From the NCBI GenBank assembly GCA_902787185.1, contig CADAFP010000029.1, positions 691 through 64,690 on the forward strand: a stretch of DNA of 64,000 nt, read 5' to 3'. Every line of letters starts with the position of its first letter. Positions within the stretch are counted from its first letter, which is position 1. This stretch comes from an uncultured Bacteroidales bacterium (GTDB lineage: Bacteria; Bacteroidota; Bacteroidia; Bacteroidales; Muribaculaceae). This document shows positions 59,804-64,000 of this stretch, one piece after another. The position numbers and the translations under genes were made by a program. Below the pieces are notes generated by a model. It was not told the origin of the DNA. It did not search any database and was given only the letters and a program-made list of their open reading frames with translations.

Positions 59804-60766
59804 ATGAAAAATCTTATCTTAATGACATTATGTGCCATGGCACTGTCATGGCCCTTAAATGCCTCGGCAAGTCGCCTTGTCGGGGACGTGGATGGTGACG
59901 GTCAAGTCGGCATTGCCGATGTCACCATGATTACTGATGTCTTGTTGAGCCACTCCGAAACGGCTTCGTCAATGGTTTGTGACGTGGACGGTGACGGCGC
60001 TGTGACCATCTCGGACGTGACATGGCTCATCGACATGATTATGGCACCGCCGTCACCTCAAAGCCAAGACGTGACGCTTGACGTTAACGGTGTGAACATC
60101 ACGATGGTGCTGGTCGAGGGAGGCACTTTCACCATGGGGGCAACCCCCGATCAGTGGCCCGACCATCGCCGCAACGAGGTGCCGCTGCACGAGGTCACGC
60201 TGAGCAGCTACTATATCTCGCAGACCGAGGTCACTCAGGAGCTGTGGGAGGCTGTGATGGGTTTCAATCCCAGCCAATTTGCCGGCGACCCGCAACGCCC
60301 CGTTGAGATGGTGAGTTTGTTTGACTGCGCACGCTTTGTGGACAAACTGACGGAAATCACGGGCAGGGTATTTCGCATGCCCACCGAGGCCGAGTGGGAA
60401 TATGCCGCACGAGGCGGCAACAGAAGCCAGTCGTTCAAGTACTCGGGCAGCAACATGGCAGAAGATGTCGCATGGTACAACGGAAACGCCGACAACACGA
60501 CACACCCCGTCGCTACCAAGGCCCCCAACGAGTTGGGCATCTATGACATGAGCGGCAATGTGTTGGAATGGTGTCAGGACTGGTATGCCAGCTATGACGA
60601 GGGGCCTTGTACCAACCCTGTCGGCCCTGAATCAGGCTATGAGAACGTTTATCGCGGCGGCTCGTGGAACAATGCCCCGGAGATGTGCCGCAATGCTACC
60701 CGCGACAAGGCTGATCCACATACCACAAGCAGCATGATAGGCTTGCGTGTGGTGATGAACTATTGA
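59804..60766 (+). CDS. Secreted dockerin plus FGE-sulfatase (SUMF1-like) domain protein
   Basis: GDVDGDGQVGIADVT/DVDGDGAVTISDVT; GGTFTMG, RMPTEAEWEYAARGG, YDMSGNV.EW, RGGSW. Confidence 0.9.
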   Translation: MKNLILMTLCAMALSWPLNASASRLVGDVDGDGQVGIADVTMITDVLLSHSETASSMVCDVDGDGAVTISDVTWLIDMIMAPPSPQSQDVTLDVNGVNITMVLVEGGTFTMGATPDQWPDHRRNEVPLHEVTLSSYYISQTEVTQELWEAVMGFNPSQFAGDPQRPVEMVSLFDCARFVDKLTEITGRVFRMPTEAEWEYAARGGNRSQSFKYSGSNMAEDVAWYNGNADNTTHPVATKAPNELGIYDMSGNVLEWCQDWYASYDEGPCTNPVGPESGYENVYRGGSWNNAPEMCRNATRDKADPHTTSSMIGLRVVMNY

Positions 60767-60909
60767 GTCAAAACTTGTTAAAAACAGTAGCATCTAAGCG
60801 GTACTCTTGCTGCTTTAACAAGTTTTTTGGTTTTTTATTGCTGATATGTGAGGTCTAACCGCAAGAATTTTGCTAATTTCGCCCGACTTTTCAACCTTTA
60901 ATATCAATA

Positions 60910-61563
60910 ATGAAGAAATTAGACACCCTTCTTGCCGAGAAACTGATGCAAATCAGCGCGATTAAGTTACAACCCGACAGCCCCTTCTCGTGGGCAACAG
61001 GCTGGAACTCTCCCATATATACCGACCTGAGAATGGCATTGTCTTCCCCCGAGGTGCGCAACCTCATCAAGGTGGAGATGGCAAGGCTCATCATGGAGAA
61101 CTTCGGTGAAGCCGAGGTCGTTGCCGCTATTGCAACAGGCGCTATCGCCCATGGTGCACTCGTGGCCGACTCATTGGCGTTACCGATGGTGTATGTGCGC
61201 TCAACGCCCAAGGATCATGGCCTCGAGAACCTCATCGAGGGCGACATCAAGCCCGGCCAAAAGGTCGTGCTCATCGAGGATCAGCTTTCCACTGGCAACA
61301 ACTGCATGAAGTGCCTGAACACCGTGCGTGACGCAGGGGGCATCGTGCTGGGTGTCATGGTCATTTTTGACTATCAGTTCTCAAGCGCTGCCAAGGCCCT
61401 GAAGCGTGCCAAGCTGCCCATCATCACACTCACCAACTTCGAGACGATGATTGATGTGGCGATGGACAACGGTAAGATTACCCAAGCCGATGCCGACACG
61501 CTCCAGCAATGGCACAGCGACCCCGAGAACTGGACTCCCGCCGGCTTCGACGCCATAGATTAA
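60910..61563 (+). CDS. pyrE: Orotate phosphoribosyltransferase
   Basis: GWNSPIY, YVRSTPKDHG, PRPP loop VLIEDQLSTG; somewhat divergent. Confidence 0.82.
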   Translation: MKKLDTLLAEKLMQISAIKLQPDSPFSWATGWNSPIYTDLRMALSSPEVRNLIKVEMARLIMENFGEAEVVAAIATGAIAHGALVADSLALPMVYVRSTPKDHGLENLIEGDIKPGQKVVLIEDQLSTGNNCMKCLNTVRDAGGIVLGVMVIFDYQFSSAAKALKRAKLPIITLTNFETMIDVAMDNGKITQADADTLQQWHSDPENWTPAGFDAID

Positions 61564-61596
61564 AAACTGTTCACTATTAACTGTTCACTAAAAAAG

Positions 61597-62040
61597 ATGG
61601 AATCATTCAAGAGCAATCCCCACCTTATCGAGTGTGATGCCGCAACCATATACAGCAAGTTAACCAATCCCTCGCTTATCAAGAACCAGATTGAGGCCAA
61701 TGCAGATAAGATCGACGATGAGGCCCGTCAGCATCTCGACACGGTACACTTCAGCGAGGATGCAATCGCCATCCAGTCACCTATGGGCGAGGTGACGCTC
61801 TCGCTCGACAAGCAGAACAGCATCGAGGGTCAGCGTGTGGTCTATACCGCTTCATCCTCACCTGTGCCCATCAATATGGTCATCAACCTGGAGAAGCAGG
61901 ACGATGAGAAGACGATGAGCACTGCCGAGCTGCAACTGGAACTTCCCTTCTTCCTGCGCAAGATGGTCGAGGGCCAACTCAAAGAGGGAGCCGAGCGTTT
62001 CGGCGAAATCCTTGCCCGCATCCCCTTCGACAGAATCTAA
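61597..62040 (+). CDS. SRPBCC/START-like hypothetical protein
   Basis: Size, pattern and position after pyrE as usual in Bacteroidales. Confidence 0.65.
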   Translation: MESFKSNPHLIECDAATIYSKLTNPSLIKNQIEANADKIDDEARQHLDTVHFSEDAIAIQSPMGEVTLSLDKQNSIEGQRVVYTASSSPVPINMVINLEKQDDEKTMSTAELQLELPFFLRKMVEGQLKEGAERFGEILARIPFDRI

Positions 62041-62238
62041 ATCAGTTGACAGTTAACAGTTAACAGTTAAATAACTCTTCGCGGCTTCGCGCCTTAGCGT
62101 GGGGCTCGTGTAGTCTACGTTTGTGGTTTTTCGTTAAATATATATAAGGTGGAGGCCTATTGCTTGTGGTTTTCACTTTTTTATTTAACTTTGCCGTGTG
62201 AATACATTTTTTAAGAATTAACCACAAAAGTTTAGGAT

Positions 62239-64000
62239 ATGAAGCGATTTCTCTCTACTCTTGTCATCTTGTTGGTATTATCGGCTATGGTGTCGCAGGC
62301 TTGGGCTTGGGGCACTCCCAAGCGCGAATTCCGCTCGGCGTGGGTCGCCACGGTGTGGAATCTGGACTGGCCGCCTGAAAGGGCAGGAGCCACAAAGCAG
62401 ATGGAGGCCATGGACCGCCTGCTCGACTCGCTGCAGTTGAACAATTTCAATGCTGTCAACTTCCAGGTGCGCTCGATGTGCGATGCGATGTACCGCTCCA
62501 GCCTCGAACCCTGGTCGAGCTACCTGACGGGTACGCGTGGACAGGACCCAGGCTTTGACCCGCTGCAGTATGTCGTGGAGGGCTGCCACAGGCGCGGCAT
62601 GGAGTGCCACGCCTGGGTGAACCCTTACCGCTGGAGCACGGGCACCGACTGGAATACTGAAATGGACCGCGAGCTCAAGGAGAACGGCTGGCTGCTGTCT
62701 TATGGCTCAACCATCATTCTTGACCCGGGCCAGCAACGCACCATCGACCGCATTGTGGCGGTGTGCCACGAAATCATCACCAACTATGACGTGGACGGCA
62801 TCCTGTATGACGACTACTTCTATCCCAGCGGCATTCCCGCCGATGCCACTGCCCAGGACTATGGCGAGTGGCAGGCATCGGGGACGACGATGTCTTTTGG
62901 CGACTGGCGCCGCGACAATGTCAACCGCATGGTGCGTGCCGTCTATGACATGATTCAGCAGACGCGTCCCGAGGTGCGCTACGGCATCTCACCAGCGGGT
63001 GTCGCCGCCAGCAGTCGCACGGTGGCCGACAAGTATGGCGTGGAGCCGTGCCCCACGGGCAGTGACTGGCAGTACAGCAGCATCTTCAGCGACCCGCTGG
63101 CTTGGATTTCGTCACAGAGCATCGACTATATCTCGCCGCAGGTCTATTGGCCCTTCGGCCACAATACCAACGACTATGGCAAGATTTCCGGGTGGTGGGG
63201 TCAGATTGCTCACCACTTTGGCCGTCAGGTGTATATCTCCTCGTCAATTTCGGGCTTGACGGGCTCCTCGACCGAGGTGCAGTACAAGGAGTATGCCGAC
63301 GAGGTGGAGTTTAACCGCACCAGCTCGTTAGACGGTAACCCCGGTGCCATCTTCTACTCATGCAAGTATCTGTATGCCATCAACCGCAACTCGTTGGGCC
63401 ATTACCTCAAGAATACCGTATTCACCCGCCCGGCCCTGCCTCCCGTCATGCCGTGGAAGGAGGGCTACAACCCCGGAGTGGTTCAGAACCTGGAGCGCAC
63501 GGGCAACAGCATCTCTTGGGAGGGCTACGACAATGTGCGCTACTCGGTCTATGCATTCCCCAACACGATGAACACAACCACGTTCACCGGCCAGATTGAC
63601 TACCTGCTGGGAATGACCTACGAACCCTCTTATGAGATTCCGTCGCAGTTCCAGCAGGGCTACCAGTTTGCAGTCTGTGTGCTCGACCGTGTGGGCAACG
63701 AGTGGGAACCTGCTTTCCTGAGCGTGGAACTCGAGTTGCTTGACAATCCCGTGCTCATCACCCCCGACGACGGTGCAACCATCGATGCCCCCTTCAATTT
63801 CACTTGGCACAAGGTGGAGGGCGCTTCGAGCTATGACGTTGAGGTGGCCACCAGTGCCGACTTTGCCTCGGTGATGGAGCGTGTCACCGTCACCGACACG
63901 ACAGCCAGCGTGCTCCTGTTCCACAAACTGACGCATGGCGAGAACTATTACTGGCGTGTGCAGTCACGCGCCGACAACTGCTACAGCGGCGTGAGCCAGG
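62239..64000 (+). CDS. YddW/DUF187 (GHL10) glycoside hydrolase-like protein with Fn3-like tail (runs off the window edge)
   Basis: Hand translation MKRFLSTLVILL...KREFRSAWVATVWNLDWP...FQVR...HAWVNPYR...DG..YDDYFYP...GISP. Confidence 0.9.
   Translation, partial: MKRFLSTLVILLVLSAMVSQAWAWGTPKREFRSAWVATVWNLDWPPERAGATKQMEAMDRLLDSLQLNNFNAVNFQVRSMCDAMYRSSLEPWSSYLTGTRGQDPGFDPLQYVVEGCHRRGMECHAWVNPYRWSTGTDWNTEMDRELKENGWLLSYGSTIILDPGQQRTIDRIVAVCHEIITNYDVDGILYDDYFYPSGIPADATAQDYGEWQASGTTMSFGDWRRDNVNRMVRAVYDMIQQTRPEVRYGISPAGVAASSRTVADKYGVEPCPTGSDWQYSSIFSDPLAWISSQSIDYISPQVYWPFGHNTNDYGKISGWWGQIAHHFGRQVYISSSISGLTGSSTEVQYKEYADEVEFNRTSSLDGNPGAIFYSCKYLYAINRNSLGHYLKNTVFTRPALPPVMPWKEGYNPGVVQNLERTGNSISWEGYDNVRYSVYAFPNTMNTTTFTGQIDYLLGMTYEPSYEIPSQFQQGYQFAVCVLDRVGNEWEPAFLSVELELLDNPVLITPDDGATIDAPFNFTWHKVEGASSYDVEVATSADFASVMERVTVTDTTASVLLFHKLTHGENYYWRVQSRADNCYSGVSQ

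Noticed and set aside
59804-60766. Diversity-generating retroelement target (FGE-sulfatase/CLec fold)
   Set aside because: No reverse transcriptase and no template repeat seen in the window

Overview
A GC-rich Bacteroidales chromosome segment, Muribaculaceae-like judging by the gene content, TAnnTTTG promoters and dockerin-tagged secreted proteins. The housekeeping backbone is glpABC-glpT-glpQ with a DeoR/GlpR regulator, apbE, two identical tRNA-Val(TAC) genes, tpiA, etfBA-acyl-CoA dehydrogenase, recA, asnS, an RluB-type synthase, mdh, recR, comF/recX and pyrE. The strongest candidate for an undescribed system is an AT-richer island at about 32.4-35.65 kb. It holds a 44-aa four-Cys peptide missing from the ORF track, a small unknown protein, a radical SAM/SPASM enzyme with a likely RRE, an amidohydrolase and a 45-aa membrane peptide, all behind a long structured leader; this looks like a RiPP cluster. 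The second candidate is an orphan two-gene phage-derived unit (tail/stabilisation-like protein plus large terminase) with host-like composition and no other phage genes in the window. Also present: a TIR-Sel1 gene between 29-bp direct repeats, a Ser/Thr kinase-AAA fusion operon, an IS200/RAYT-like tnpA with REP arrays, dockerin- and possible cohesin-bearing secreted proteins, and etfB and mdh genes broken by apparent internal deletions. All calls are from reading the sequence; no searches or computations were run.
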